Positions 53,404-62,765 of a stretch of 64,000 nt of DNA are shown one piece after another. The first letter of the stretch is position 1. The number at the start of each line of letters is the position of its first letter. The notes under the pieces were generated by a model that saw nothing but the letters and a program-made list of their open reading frames with translations, was not told the DNA's origin and ran no database searches. The DNA comes from an uncultured delta proteobacterium (GTDB taxonomy: Bacteria > Desulfobacterota > Syntrophia > Syntrophales > UBA2192), in NCBI GenBank assembly GCA_963802225.1, contig CAWDHZ010000022.1, positions 66,915 through 130,914 of the forward strand. The letters run 5' to 3'. The position numbers and the translations under genes were made by a program.

Positions 53404-54429
53404 CTACTTGCGCTTGGCAATTGCCTGCTCGGCCTTCTTGACCAGATCGGGCCCGATCTGCTTGGCCCACTTGTCATAGACGGACCGCGTGGCCTTCTTG
53501 AAGGCCTCTTTTTCCTTCGGCGTAAGCCTTGCCACGTTGACCCCCGTTTTCTCGATATCCTTGATCATCGAGTCGTTCGGTGGGACGAGACCCTTGCGGG
53601 CCGTAACGATGTTCTCTTTCGCAGCCTGGAGGGCGGCCTCGCGGACGGCCTTCTGGTCCTCGGGCGTCCAGCTGTTCCAGACCTCCTTGTTGACGACGAA
53701 GATCAGCGGGTCGGCCACGTAGCCCCATATCGTCAGGTATTTCTGGTTGGCGGCGGTTGACAGCTTGGCCACCGTGTAAACGGTCAGCGGGTTCTCCTGG
53801 CCGTCGACGGCGCCGCTGGAGAGGGCGGGCACCGCATCGGCCCAACTCATCTGGGTCGGGTTGGCGCCCAGGGCCGCGAAGGTTTCAAGGAACAGCGGGG
53901 AGCCGACGACGCGGATTTTCAGGCCCTTCAGATCCTCGGGCTTGCGGATCGCCTTCTTCGAATTCGAGAGCTCCCGGAAGCCATTCTCCCCCCAGGCCAG
54001 GGGGATCGTGTCCTTGCTTTCCAGGATCTTGAAGATCTCCTTGCCGACGTCGCCCTGCGTGAGGGCGTCGATGGCCTTGTAGTCCGGCATCAGGAAAGGC
54101 ATGGCAAAGAGGTTCAGCTCCTTCACCTGGGGGGACCAGTTGATCGTGGAACCGATGGCCATGTCGATGGCGCCCTGTCGGATGGCGGTGTATTCCTTGG
54201 TCTGGTCGCCGCCCACGAGGCTCGTGCCCGGGTACTGCTTGACTTTGATTCTGCCGTTTGTCTTCTGATTGATCAGTTCAGCCCACCGCTCGCCGGCGAT
54301 GCCCCAGGGCATGGGCTTTGCGAGAACCGTCGAAAGCTTGTACTCCGCCTTGTAGTCTGCCGCCGATGCCGTTGCCGCCATTCCCAGGGCAAACAGCACA
54401 ACCGTGATGATTCCAACCCAGTGTTTCAT
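53404..54429 (-). CDS. dctP: TRAP transporter substrate-binding protein (DctP family)
   Basis: Signal peptide. 341 aa. DctP-like sequence throughout. Confidence 0.9.
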   Translation of the reverse strand: MKHWVGIITVVLFALGMAATASAADYKAEYKLSTVLAKPMPWGIAGERWAELINQKTNGRIKVKQYPGTSLVGGDQTKEYTAIRQGAIDMAIGSTINWSPQVKELNLFAMPFLMPDYKAIDALTQGDVGKEIFKILESKDTIPLAWGENGFRELSNSKKAIRKPEDLKGLKIRVVGSPLFLETFAALGANPTQMSWADAVPALSSGAVDGQENPLTVYTVAKLSTAANQKYLTIWGYVADPLIFVVNKEVWNSWTPEDQKAVREAALQAAKENIVTARKGLVPPNDSMIKDIEKTGVNVARLTPKEKEAFKKATRSVYDKWAKQIGPDLVKKAEQAIAKRK

Positions 54430-54489
54430 GATGCCTCCTCCTTTTGGATATTGAGACCCCCCGGTCAGAAAGGCCCGGTTGTCTTTCTC

Positions 54490-55503
54490 TCAGGCGTTGC
54501 CGTTGGGAACTGACATCCGAAGCGTTCCGCCGCGGCCGAAGATGTCGTGCAGGTGGATGTAGCCCGTGAGCCTGTTGTTTTTTCCCGTGACGACGAGCGT
54601 CGTGATCTCGAGCGTCTCCATCGTCTCGACGGTTTTGGCAAGCGTTGCGTTTTCGTCGATGGTCCTGGGCGACAGGGTCATGATGTCGTCGACGGGGATG
54701 GCCTCGAAACGCACCCCGCGCTTCACGCAGCGCCTCACATCGCCATCGGTCAGGATCCCCTTCAGGTGGCCCTTCCGGTCCGTGATGAGGACAAAGCCCT
54801 GGTTTCGACGGTCGATTTCGTTGACGGCCTCCAGGGCCGGCGCTCCTGCGAAGACCCGGGGGATCCTCTCGCCCGTGATCATGGCCTCCTTCACCTGGCT
54901 CATGAGTCTCTGTCCCAGGGTTCCACCCGGGTGGAACTTGAGGAAGTCCTTCTCGCCGAAGTTGCGCTTCTCCGTCAGGGCCACAGCCAGGGCGTCGCCC
55001 ATGGCGAGCGCCGCCGTCGTGCTGGAAGTGGGCGCCAGGCCGAAGGGACAGGCCTCTCTCGAAACCCCTACGTCGATGACGATGCCGCTTGCGCGCCCGA
55101 GCGTCGATTTCGGGTTTCCCGTCATCGTGATGAGCGGAAGCCCGATCGGGCCGATCCGCGCGATCAGTTCGTTGAGTTCGGCCGTCTCCCCGCTGTTGGA
55201 GATGGCGATGAGCACATCGCCTTTCGTGACGATACCGAGATCCCCGTGCATCCCTTCGACGGGGTGAAGGAAGATGGCCGGAGTTCCCGTGCTCGTAAAC
55301 GTGGCTACGATCTTGCGGCCGATGAGGCCCGACTTGCCGATTCCCGAAACGATGACGCGGCCCTTGGCCCTGAAGATGGTATCGACGGCCTTCGAGAAAT
55401 TCTGATCGAGCTTGGGGATGAGCCCCAGGATGCACTCGGCCTCGATCTTCAAAACTTCCCGGGCCTGCTTGAGGGCTTTGTCGCCCTTGGATTTCGCTTT
55501 CAT
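54490..55503 (-). CDS. KpsF/GutQ-family sugar-phosphate (arabinose-5-phosphate) isomerase, SIS + tandem CBS domains
   Basis: VIVSGIGKSGLIGRKI SIS motif. C-terminal CBS pair. Confidence 0.85.
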   Translation of the reverse strand: MKAKSKGDKALKQAREVLKIEAECILGLIPKLDQNFSKAVDTIFRAKGRVIVSGIGKSGLIGRKIVATFTSTGTPAIFLHPVEGMHGDLGIVTKGDVLIAISNSGETAELNELIARIGPIGLPLITMTGNPKSTLGRASGIVIDVGVSREACPFGLAPTSSTTAALAMGDALAVALTEKRNFGEKDFLKFHPGGTLGQRLMSQVKEAMITGERIPRVFAGAPALEAVNEIDRRNQGFVLITDRKGHLKGILTDGDVRRCVKRGVRFEAIPVDDIMTLSPRTIDENATLAKTVETMETLEITTLVVTGKNNRLTGYIHLHDIFGRGGTLRMSVPNGNA

Positions 55504-55668
55504 TCAATGCTCCGTAAATGCCCGGATGGCTTTCAGAGTTCAGATCCTCTGACTATCAAATCCCGGCGGCGATGACAAGGTGCAAATTGCCTCCCGGATC
55601 GCGGCCTTGAAACTTCACGGCCGCTGTGGTTAAGTTTCGGGAAACGTCCGCTTCGCGAGGGAACTGAC

Positions 55669-56092
55669 ATGGAAATCAGAAATTACGTGCTGGCCTTCCC
55701 GACGACGGGGAAGACCGATCTCATCGACATCACGCGGGAGGTTGTCCGTCCGGATCCGCGAATCGGGCATTGCCGGGGGCAGCGTGCTCGTCTTCGTGCC
55801 GGGCTCGACGGCGGCCCTGACGACCATCGAGTACGAAAGCGGCGTCATCGAGGATCTCAAGGAGGCCATCGCAAGGCTTGCGCCCGAAAACCTGCCCTAC
55901 CGGCACGACGCACGCTGGGGCGACGGCAACGGCCACTCCCACGTGCGGGCGGCCCTCCTGGGACCGTCGCTGACGATTCCCGTCATCGAGGGAAAACTCG
56001 TCCTGGGCACCTGGCAGCAGGTCATCCTCTGCGATTTCGACAACCGGCCGCGCAAGCGGCAGGTTGTTGTGCAGGTGACAGGGAACAGGTAG
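55669..56092 (+). CDS. YjbQ/UPF0047-family protein (secondary thiamine-phosphate-synthase-like). Frame-shifted as sequenced near 55745.
   Basis: MEIRNYVLAFPTTGKTDLIDITREVV (frame of 55669) continues as SVRIRESGIAGGSVLVFVPGSTAALTTIEYE...GHSHVRAALLGPS... in ORF 55742-56092. Confidence 0.75.
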
Positions 56093-56194
56093 CCGACAGC
56101 CGACAGCCGACAGCCGACAGCCAACAGCCAACAGCCAACAGATTTCTGCTGTCTACTTTCTTTTTACTGTCGGCTGTAGACTGTCGACTGTAGG
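56091..56194. repeat. (AGCCGAC)4(AGCCAAC)3 heptamer tandem repeat with an inverted partner arm
   Basis: Seven consecutive 7-mers at 56091-56141. Inverted arm ctgtcggctgtagactgtcgactgtagg at 56167-56194. The same words occur at 44059-44090. Confidence 0.9.
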
Positions 56195-56252
56195 CTTCGG
56201 GGTGCCTGCGGGGGGACGACCGGACATACAATCTCAGAGAGGCAAGACGCGC

Positions 56253-56810
56253 ATGCGCATTCTCGTACGTGGCGGAAGCATCGCCGCAGGGGTCGGCGTT
56301 TCCCGCGGATATGCCGACGTCCTCCGGGAGCGCTATGCGCCGCGTGGAGTGGAGATCATCAACCGCTCGAATCCGAAGGAGACCTCTTTCGAAGGGATCG
56401 AAACATTTTCCCGGGACATCGAACCCTTTCACCCCGACATCCTGATCCTCCATTTCGGAATCGACGACGCCTTCTCCGCGGTCTACCGCTCCGAATTCAA
56501 GGAGAACCTCGTCCGCATCGTCCGGCGTTTCCGGGAGCGGCTTTCGACGGCGGTTATCCTGCCCGCGTCTCACACCTTCGACGACCCCCACGAGATGGCC
56601 GCCGTGAACATCTATTACCGGGCGATCCGGGAGGTGGCTGCAGACCTGTCCTGCGCGCTGGTTCCCGTACACACCGCCTGGGCGGGGCATCTTTTGGAGC
56701 AGGGCCTTCCGAATGCGGCCCTGCTGCAGGATGACGTACGGCTGCCCAACGAGCGAGGCCACGAGCTGTATGCGTCCATCCTGGCCCGCACCCTCGACGG
56801 CATCCTCTGA
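56253..56810 (+). CDS. SGNH/GDSL-like hydrolase family protein
   Basis: ATG at 56253 (MRILVRGGSIAAGVG...). Contains ...DILILHFGIDD... and the C-terminal ...DDVRLPNERGHEL... (DxxH). Confidence 0.65.
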   Translation: MRILVRGGSIAAGVGVSRGYADVLRERYAPRGVEIINRSNPKETSFEGIETFSRDIEPFHPDILILHFGIDDAFSAVYRSEFKENLVRIVRRFRERLSTAVILPASHTFDDPHEMAAVNIYYRAIREVAADLSCALVPVHTAWAGHLLEQGLPNAALLQDDVRLPNERGHELYASILARTLDGIL

Positions 56811-56925
56811 TGCATCCCGGGAATATCGCGCCGGGTTCAGACCGGGAGCCGGACCGCACCTGCCTTTGGCACGAAAATTGTTATCATTATTGAGGTCTGG
56901 TAAAATATTTCCGCGGGGTGCAAAG

Positions 56926-57604
56926 ATGCTGGTCCGATATTGGATGTCCGAATCCCCCATCGTCGCTCTGGAAAAAACGACGCTTATACGATGCATTGAA
57001 TCTGATGCTGAAGCACGACATCCGCCGGCTGCCGGTCATGTCGGGCGCAAACAAGCTCTGCGGCATCATCACCCTCTCCGATTTGTACCCGTATGTGAAC
57101 CCCGTGAGGCTCAGGGAGGAACTGTCGCCCTCCGAAATCGAGAACCTCAGGAAACATGAGGTGGGCGAAGCCATGACAAGAGAGCTCGTCACCTGCGGCC
57201 CGAACACGGCGCTGGAGGATGTCGGGGCCTTGCTGAGGGAGAAAAAGATCGGCGCCCTGCCGGTCCTGAAGGAAGATCATCTCGTGGGCATCATCACGGA
57301 CTGCGATGTCCTGGAGGCGCTCTGCGGCATCGCGCGGGCCGGCGACAACAATGTGCGCATCTGCTTCAGCGTCCCCGCCGGGGAGAAACAGAATATCATC
57401 TACGACGTCGTGGAACTGTGCAAGCGCTACCGGCTCGACCTTCAGACGGTCCTCGTCCACCCTTTGAAGGGCAGCAAGAGATGCCTCGTCATGATCCGGG
57501 TGGAAGGCCCGCGGATGGATGATTTCCTGAAGGCTCTGTGGGACATCAATTACCAGGTGCTGATCGTCAGCGACGGTACGGACAAGGGCAGAGTCAGAAG
57601 ATAA
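56926..57604 (+). CDS. CBS-domain pair protein with a C-terminal ACT-like domain (AcuB-like). Frame-shifted as sequenced near 56983.
   Basis: MLVRYWMSESPIVALEKTTL (frame of ATG 56926) continues as YDALNLMLKHDIRRLPVMSG... in ORF 56918-57604. Confidence 0.75.
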
Positions 57605-57616
57605 AAGATAGTGAAA

Positions 57617-57835
57617 GAAGTGTCTGAGTGCCTGAGTGTCTGAGTGAAGAGGAGGAAGGGACCAGGGACGAGGGTGTAGGGACGAAACGCGATGGCTAAA
57701 ACAAATCCCCCTCTGTCCCCCTTTGTAAAAGGGGGATAGAGGGGGATTTTCTTGTCTTATGGCTTGCTGCCTGATGCTCTCCTTCTTCACTTCTTCACTC
57801 AGACACTTAGACACTCATACACTCAAACACTTCTT
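57617..57835. repeat. Composite element: inverted (GTGTCTGAGT)n arms of about 40-55 nt flanking the GGGACCAGGGAC module and the best copy (5) of the 47-bp palindromic element
   Basis: Left arm 57617-57655. Right arm 57781-57835. Palindrome aaatccccctctgtccccctttgtaaaagggggatagagggggatttt at 57703-57750. Confidence 0.85.
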
Positions 57836-57853
57836 TTCTAGGCCGCTACGCGG

Positions 57854-58279
57854 CTAGATGAAGGGGTAGAGGCTGTCGATCAGGATCAGGTGCCACACCG
57901 TCACACCGCTGTACATGCAGGCAGCAACGACAAGGCACACTCTCGCCATTCGCAGGTGGATATGGCTGCTCAGCATGATGACCGCCAGGGAGACCACCCC
58001 ATGTTTCCAGAGCCAGAAATGATCGCCGAAGGTGGCTATGGCCGCCCGGGCGATCGGGTTGACCTCCCAGCCTCCGTGGGCGATGATGAACTGGGTGCAA
58101 AATGCATCGCTGATATTGAGGCTTACGATCAGGATGGCCAAGAAGAACATCAGCGGGCTGTTCCGGTCGGCTCGGAGCGCCTCGATCCATGCGAATCGGG
58201 TCTGCAGGGTGCTGCAAATTCCGTCCATGACGATGCCCCCTCCTGTTCGTTCGGGCGGGTTGTTGTGCACTGGTGACAA
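57854..58279 (-). CDS. DUF5658-like small membrane protein
   Basis: LAILIVSLNISDAFCTQFIIAHGGWEVNPIARA... matches the N..D..T....G..E.NP pattern. TTG start at 58279 or ATG at 58228. Confidence 0.6.
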   Translation of the reverse strand: MSPVHNNPPERTGGGIVMDGICSTLQTRFAWIEALRADRNSPLMFFLAILIVSLNISDAFCTQFIIAHGGWEVNPIARAAIATFGDHFWLWKHGVVSLAVIMLSSHIHLRMARVCLVVAACMYSGVTVWHLILIDSLYPFI

Positions 58280-58352
58280 CTAATCACAAAATCCCGGTGG
58301 AGATCAATACGACGGCAGGCTGAAAGTTTCTACGAAAAAAATAGTAGACAGG

Positions 58353-59654
58353 TTACCGGCCGGAGAGTTGCCGCAGCTCTTCCTTTCCCTTGTCTTCATC
58401 GACGAAGCGCAGAATGAACCCGCCCGCCAGGAACAGGATCGCCACGGAGACGATGCCGATGCGCGACGCCGTGCTCCCCGCATAGCCCATGGACCGGGCC
58501 GCGATGCCGGTCATTCCGATCAGGACGGGCCCGGCGACGGTGGCAAAGCGGCTCAGCATATTGTAGAAGCCGAAGAATTCGGCCGACTTGTCCGCGGGGA
58601 TGATCCGGGAGTACAGGGAGCGGCTCAGGGCCTGCACGCCTCCCTGGACGAGCCCGATGATGCAGGCGAGGATGAAAAACTCCCGCTTGTCGTCGATGAA
58701 GGCGGCGTAGACGGCGATGAACAGATAGACGCCGAGACCGATGAGGATGGCCTGCTTCGCCCCGATCCGCTCGCCCAGGCGGCCGAAAAAGAGGGCCGAG
58801 GGGAAACCGATGAACTGGGTGATGAGCAGCGCGACGATCAGGTCTTCGGCCTTGAAGCCGAGGGACAGGCCGTAGTCGAGAGCCATGACGATGATCGTGT
58901 CGACGCCGTCGATGTATATCCAGTATGCCGCAAGGAAGAGGGAGATCGTCTTCATGTGGCGGATCTCCAGGACGGTTTCGCGCAGCTGGCGGAGGCCTTC
59001 CCGGATGACGGTTCTCCGGGCTTTTTTCACCGTGCCGGTGCGCTCCCGGACGAGAAGGATCAGGGGCAGGGAAAACAGGGCCCACCACAGTCCCACGGAA
59101 AGAAAGGAAAGCTTGACGCCCTCGCCGCTGTCGGGCAGGCCGAATGTGGCAGGCGAGAGGGTCATCCATACATTGAGGGCAAAGAGAACCCCGCCCCCGA
59201 GGTATCCCATGGAAAAACCCAGGGACGAGACGAAATCCCTGCGCGCCTCCGTGGCCACCGTCGTCAACAGCGAGTCGTAGAAGATGATGGACCCGGCAAA
59301 GCCCATCATGGCAAAGACGTAGCATGCCGCGGCCGTCTGCCAGCCGCCCCGGGGGACCAGGTAAAGGGCGAAGGTTGCCAGGATCCCGATGGCGGCGAAA
59401 AAGAGCAGAAACTTCTTTTTTGACTCTCCCCGGTCGGCGATGGCCCCGAGAACAGGCGCCATGAGCGCCACCAGGATTCCCGCCGCCGCGTTGGCAAGCC
59501 CGAGCTTGGCCGTGCTCACCACGGGGTCGGTCCCCACGGTCCAGTATTCCTTGAAGAAAATCGGGAAGAAGGAGGCCATGACGGTCGTGGCAAAGGCCGA
59601 ATTCGCCCAGTCGTACATGACCCACCCGAATATGGTCTTGCGGTCTTCCTTCAT
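58353..59654 (-). CDS. MFS transporter, UMF1 (Atg22-like) family
   Basis: The N-terminus ...IFGWVMYDWANSAFATTVMASFFPIFF... is typical of UMF1. 12 TM segments. Confidence 0.8.
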   Translation of the reverse strand: MKEDRKTIFGWVMYDWANSAFATTVMASFFPIFFKEYWTVGTDPVVSTAKLGLANAAAGILVALMAPVLGAIADRGESKKKFLLFFAAIGILATFALYLVPRGGWQTAAACYVFAMMGFAGSIIFYDSLLTTVATEARRDFVSSLGFSMGYLGGGVLFALNVWMTLSPATFGLPDSGEGVKLSFLSVGLWWALFSLPLILLVRERTGTVKKARRTVIREGLRQLRETVLEIRHMKTISLFLAAYWIYIDGVDTIIVMALDYGLSLGFKAEDLIVALLITQFIGFPSALFFGRLGERIGAKQAILIGLGVYLFIAVYAAFIDDKREFFILACIIGLVQGGVQALSRSLYSRIIPADKSAEFFGFYNMLSRFATVAGPVLIGMTGIAARSMGYAGSTASRIGIVSVAILFLAGGFILRFVDEDKGKEELRQLSGR

Positions 59655-59734
59655 TTTTCGAATCCGGCTTGCGTCATAAAAAACCCTCCGCGGCGGGCGA
59701 AGGGTTTCTCGGTTCGACCGTCATGCCCCCGGGA

Positions 59735-60430
59735 TCACTTTGCGCCGGAGATCTTGGCCACGCTCGCGCGAAGCTTGTCGGCATGGGCGTTGGACACGTT
59801 CCTTTTCACCAGGATGTCCGTCGGCGTAACGGGCTTGCCGTAGTAGGCTTTGTTGAGGCTGTCACGGACATCCACGATGGCGCCGTCCAGCGAGAGCCCT
59901 CCGTAGAGCCCCTTGGATCGCGAGAAGGCCAGGATGTCCGCACTGATGTTTGCCGTGGCGGCCTGGGCGCCGGCGCCGTACGGTCCGGCTGCGACCCCCA
60001 CGTCGGCGCCCAGCTTGACACTGTTCTGCAGCAGGGTCGTCACGCCCTTCTCGGTCATGGCCAACAGGATGACCTCCGAGGCCTGGCCGCCGATCTGCAG
60101 CCCGAAGCTCACGCTTCCGATGGTGTAGAAGGCCGGGTGGGTCCACGTGCCGCCTTCGCCGCGAGCGAGGAAGACCCCCGTGCCGCCCGAGGCGCCCCAG
60201 ACAAAGGCCCCCTTGAGCACCTGCGGGGCGATGAAGATGCCCTTCGCCGACCGCGAAAGCTTTCTCATCTCCGTGAAGTTCTTGTCGCTCATGAAGCTGT
60301 TGAAGGTAATGTTTGCCTTGGTGATGATGGCCTGGGCATCGGTTTTGTCGCTGGCCAGGGCCATGCCGGGGACAATGTGAAAGGCGCCGACGATTGCAGC
60401 CGCAAGCAACAGGATGAATAAGCGTTTCAT
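59735..60430 (-). CDS. SYLF (Ysc84/DUF500) lipid-binding domain protein, secreted
   Basis: ATG at 60430 (MKRLFILLLAAAIVGA...). Contains ...GGTGVFLARGEGG.W..PAFY..GSVSFGLQIGGQ... Confidence 0.75.
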   Translation of the reverse strand: MKRLFILLLAAAIVGAFHIVPGMALASDKTDAQAIITKANITFNSFMSDKNFTEMRKLSRSAKGIFIAPQVLKGAFVWGASGGTGVFLARGEGGTWTHPAFYTIGSVSFGLQIGGQASEVILLAMTEKGVTTLLQNSVKLGADVGVAAGPYGAGAQAATANISADILAFSRSKGLYGGLSLDGAIVDVRDSLNKAYYGKPVTPTDILVKRNVSNAHADKLRASVAKISGAK

Positions 60431-60541
60431 GGGACCTCCTTTTCGCGGTCGTTCCGGCGGTGCCGGGTGCAAGATTGTTGGGGGCGGGATTCCAATCTCT
60501 CTCGGTGAACAGTATACCGAAAACACGGTTCAAAGAAAAAC

Positions 60542-61822
60542 TCAATTTTGCGGGGTGGCAGGGAATCCTTCCACCGCCCTCATGATCTGCTCCCGGAGAC
60601 GCTTCAGGCGCCGCGATGTGCGGCGCGACCAGCGGCCGCGGAAAAGGGCCGCAGGGGAATGCGGCCGGATACCCAGGGATTCTCGCCACTCGAAGTAACG
60701 CAGCGCGAAGTAGCTCAGCGGCATGATGCCGATCCCGAAGGCGAGACCCGCCTCCCGTCCGAACAGGCTCGCGATGAGGAGCCCTTCCACGAGGTAGGCA
60801 AGCGGGAAGGCGACGAGGGACCAGGTGATCGTCATCGTGGCGATGTCGGTGCGCGGGAGCCGCCGGCGTTCCACGAGCCACTTGACGAGGCGGTAGGGGA
60901 TCCAGTTGAATATCCAACCGGCATAGGCGAGCAGGGATCCCGTCGCGCCCAGGATCGCCGCCATGGGTGTTGCCGGGGTATCGCCTGCCCGCGTGCCGGC
61001 CAGGCGCACGAGCCTGCGGTATCGTGCGACAAGCCTGCGGAGCCGCGCCATCTCGGGGCGGCAGCAATGGCGAAGCTCCGTGACACGGGGTTTGAACTCG
61101 CCGAGCCGCCTGTAACGCTCCGCCCAGTCGTGGCCCCGCTGCGATTCGAAATAGACCCTCTCCAGGAGGATGATGAGCTCGCGGTCCTGGAAGGTTTCGG
61201 CCTGGAAGACGTGATCGCCGAGCATCCTGTGGATTTCGGTTGTCAGCTCCTGGATGGCCGCAGGCGGGTCCGATGCGTGGAGGGCGACGGCGCCTGAGCA
61301 GTCCACCGGAGGGGCAACGAGCAGGAGGACCGAGGAACGGAAAATGGAGCCCTCCTCGTAGTTGATCCCCACGGGGACGATCGGAACGTCGATTCCACGC
61401 TGTTGCGCGAGGAAGTACACCCGGGCGGCGCCTGTTTTCAGGGGACCGATGAAAGGGGTCTCGGAGGAGCCGCCCTCGGGGAAGATCACGATGGCATCAC
61501 CCCCGCGGAGCGCCTCCACGCACTCGTTGAAAAAGGAGGTATAGTCGATCGGCCCCTGGGCTTCCTTGTGGCGCAGCACGGGGATCGCCCGCATGCGGCG
61601 CAGAATGAAGCCGACGAGGGGGACCTGGAACAGGGTGGACTTGGCGATGTGCCGCAATCGGAAGGGCGGACTGAAAAAAAGCGTCAGCAGCGGGTCGAGG
61701 AGGTCGTTGGGGTGGTTCGAGGCCAGGATCAGGGGCCCCGACGCAGGCAGGTTCTCCCGTCCCTCGATGACGATCTCGCGGAAGAAGATTTTCCCGATGA
61801 GGCGGAAAAATGCGGGAAGCAT
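60542..61822 (-). CDS. Lysophospholipid (1-acyl-sn-glycerol-3-phosphate) acyltransferase family protein with a C-terminal membrane extension
   Basis: The SNHPNDLLD and VIFPEGGSS acyltransferase blocks. TM segments in the C-terminal third. Confidence 0.75.
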   Translation of the reverse strand: MLPAFFRLIGKIFFREIVIEGRENLPASGPLILASNHPNDLLDPLLTLFFSPPFRLRHIAKSTLFQVPLVGFILRRMRAIPVLRHKEAQGPIDYTSFFNECVEALRGGDAIVIFPEGGSSETPFIGPLKTGAARVYFLAQQRGIDVPIVPVGINYEEGSIFRSSVLLLVAPPVDCSGAVALHASDPPAAIQELTTEIHRMLGDHVFQAETFQDRELIILLERVYFESQRGHDWAERYRRLGEFKPRVTELRHCCRPEMARLRRLVARYRRLVRLAGTRAGDTPATPMAAILGATGSLLAYAGWIFNWIPYRLVKWLVERRRLPRTDIATMTITWSLVAFPLAYLVEGLLIASLFGREAGLAFGIGIMPLSYFALRYFEWRESLGIRPHSPAALFRGRWSRRTSRRLKRLREQIMRAVEGFPATPQN

Positions 61823-61825
61823 CTC

Positions 61826-62025
61826 GGTCTGTCCAGTCTGTCCCGTCTGGCCGCTGCGCGGCAGTGGAAGAAGTGCATTAGTGTCTAAGTGTCTAAGTGT
61901 CTGAGTGAAGAGGAAGAAATGAAGAAATGCAGAGACCAGATTCCGGTATCCCGAATTTCTTCTTCCTCACTCCCGCATCTTTCTCTTCACTCATACACTC
62001 AGACACTTCTTTTCACTCAGGCACT
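61826..62025. repeat. (GTCTGTCC)n words plus an inverted pair of (GTGTCTAAGT)n / (GAAGAAAT)n tandem-repeat arms
   Basis: ggtctgtccagtctgtcccgtctgg. Left arm 61881-61928. Right arm 61955-62025. Confidence 0.85.
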
Positions 62026-62040
62026 CTTGCTTGTTCCTGC

Positions 62041-62730
62041 CTACCGGTGTGCCGCTTTTTCCACGATTGTGGCGAGTTTCTCGACGATCGCCCTCAGCTC
62101 GCCGTCGCTGTAGGACGACTCATGGAGGTAGCTCCGGTCCAGCGTTTTCGTCGGGACGAATTTCTGGAGCACGAATCGCATTGCGCCGGGAACAAGCCGC
62201 GCGATCTTGTCGAGGTCCCCCGGGGCGAGCAGTGACTTGACGGCTGTCGTCCGGAACTCATAATCGACGCCGGAGCTCATGATGAGGGAGATGCTTTTGA
62301 GAATCCGCTGGCCGTCCGTTTTCGTCTTCGTCACCTCGCTGTAACGCTCCAGGGGCGCCTTGATGTCCATGGCCACGTAATCCAGGAGCTTGCGGCCGAG
62401 CATCTCCTCGAGCACGTCGGGAAGGGCCCCGTTGGTGTCGAGCTTGATCCGGTAGCCCATCGCCTTGAGGTGGATGATGAAGGGGATCAGTTCGGGCTGC
62501 AGGGTCGGCTCGCCCCCCGTGATGACGACGGCATCGAGGCGCCCCTTGCGTTTCTCGAGAAACGTGAGGATCTCCGCCTCCGGGCTCAGGCCCTCGAAGC
62601 GCTCCGGGTCCACCAGCTCGGGGTTGTGGCAGTAGGGGCAGCGGAAATTGCAGCCCTGGGTGAACACGACGGCGCTGATCCTGCCAGGGTAATCGATGAG
62701 GGACACTTTCTGGAATCCGCCTATCTTCAT
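62041..62730 (-). CDS. Radical SAM activating enzyme of the anaerobic ribonucleotide reductase activase (NrdG-like) family
   Basis: MKIGGFQKVSLIDYPGRISAVVFTQGCNFRCPYCHNPELV... 229 aa. Confidence 0.8.
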   Translation of the reverse strand: MKIGGFQKVSLIDYPGRISAVVFTQGCNFRCPYCHNPELVDPERFEGLSPEAEILTFLEKRKGRLDAVVITGGEPTLQPELIPFIIHLKAMGYRIKLDTNGALPDVLEEMLGRKLLDYVAMDIKAPLERYSEVTKTKTDGQRILKSISLIMSSGVDYEFRTTAVKSLLAPGDLDKIARLVPGAMRFVLQKFVPTKTLDRSYLHESSYSDGELRAIVEKLATIVEKAAHR

Positions 62731-62765
62731 CTTTTATTTTCTCACCTTCTTACCTTCCCACCCTC

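Noticed and set aside
56091-56141. The short tandem repeats at this and other spacers considered as a CRISPR array
   Set aside because: The units are 7-10 nt and directly abutting, with no unique spacers of about 30 nt, no repeats of 24-48 nt and no cas genes.
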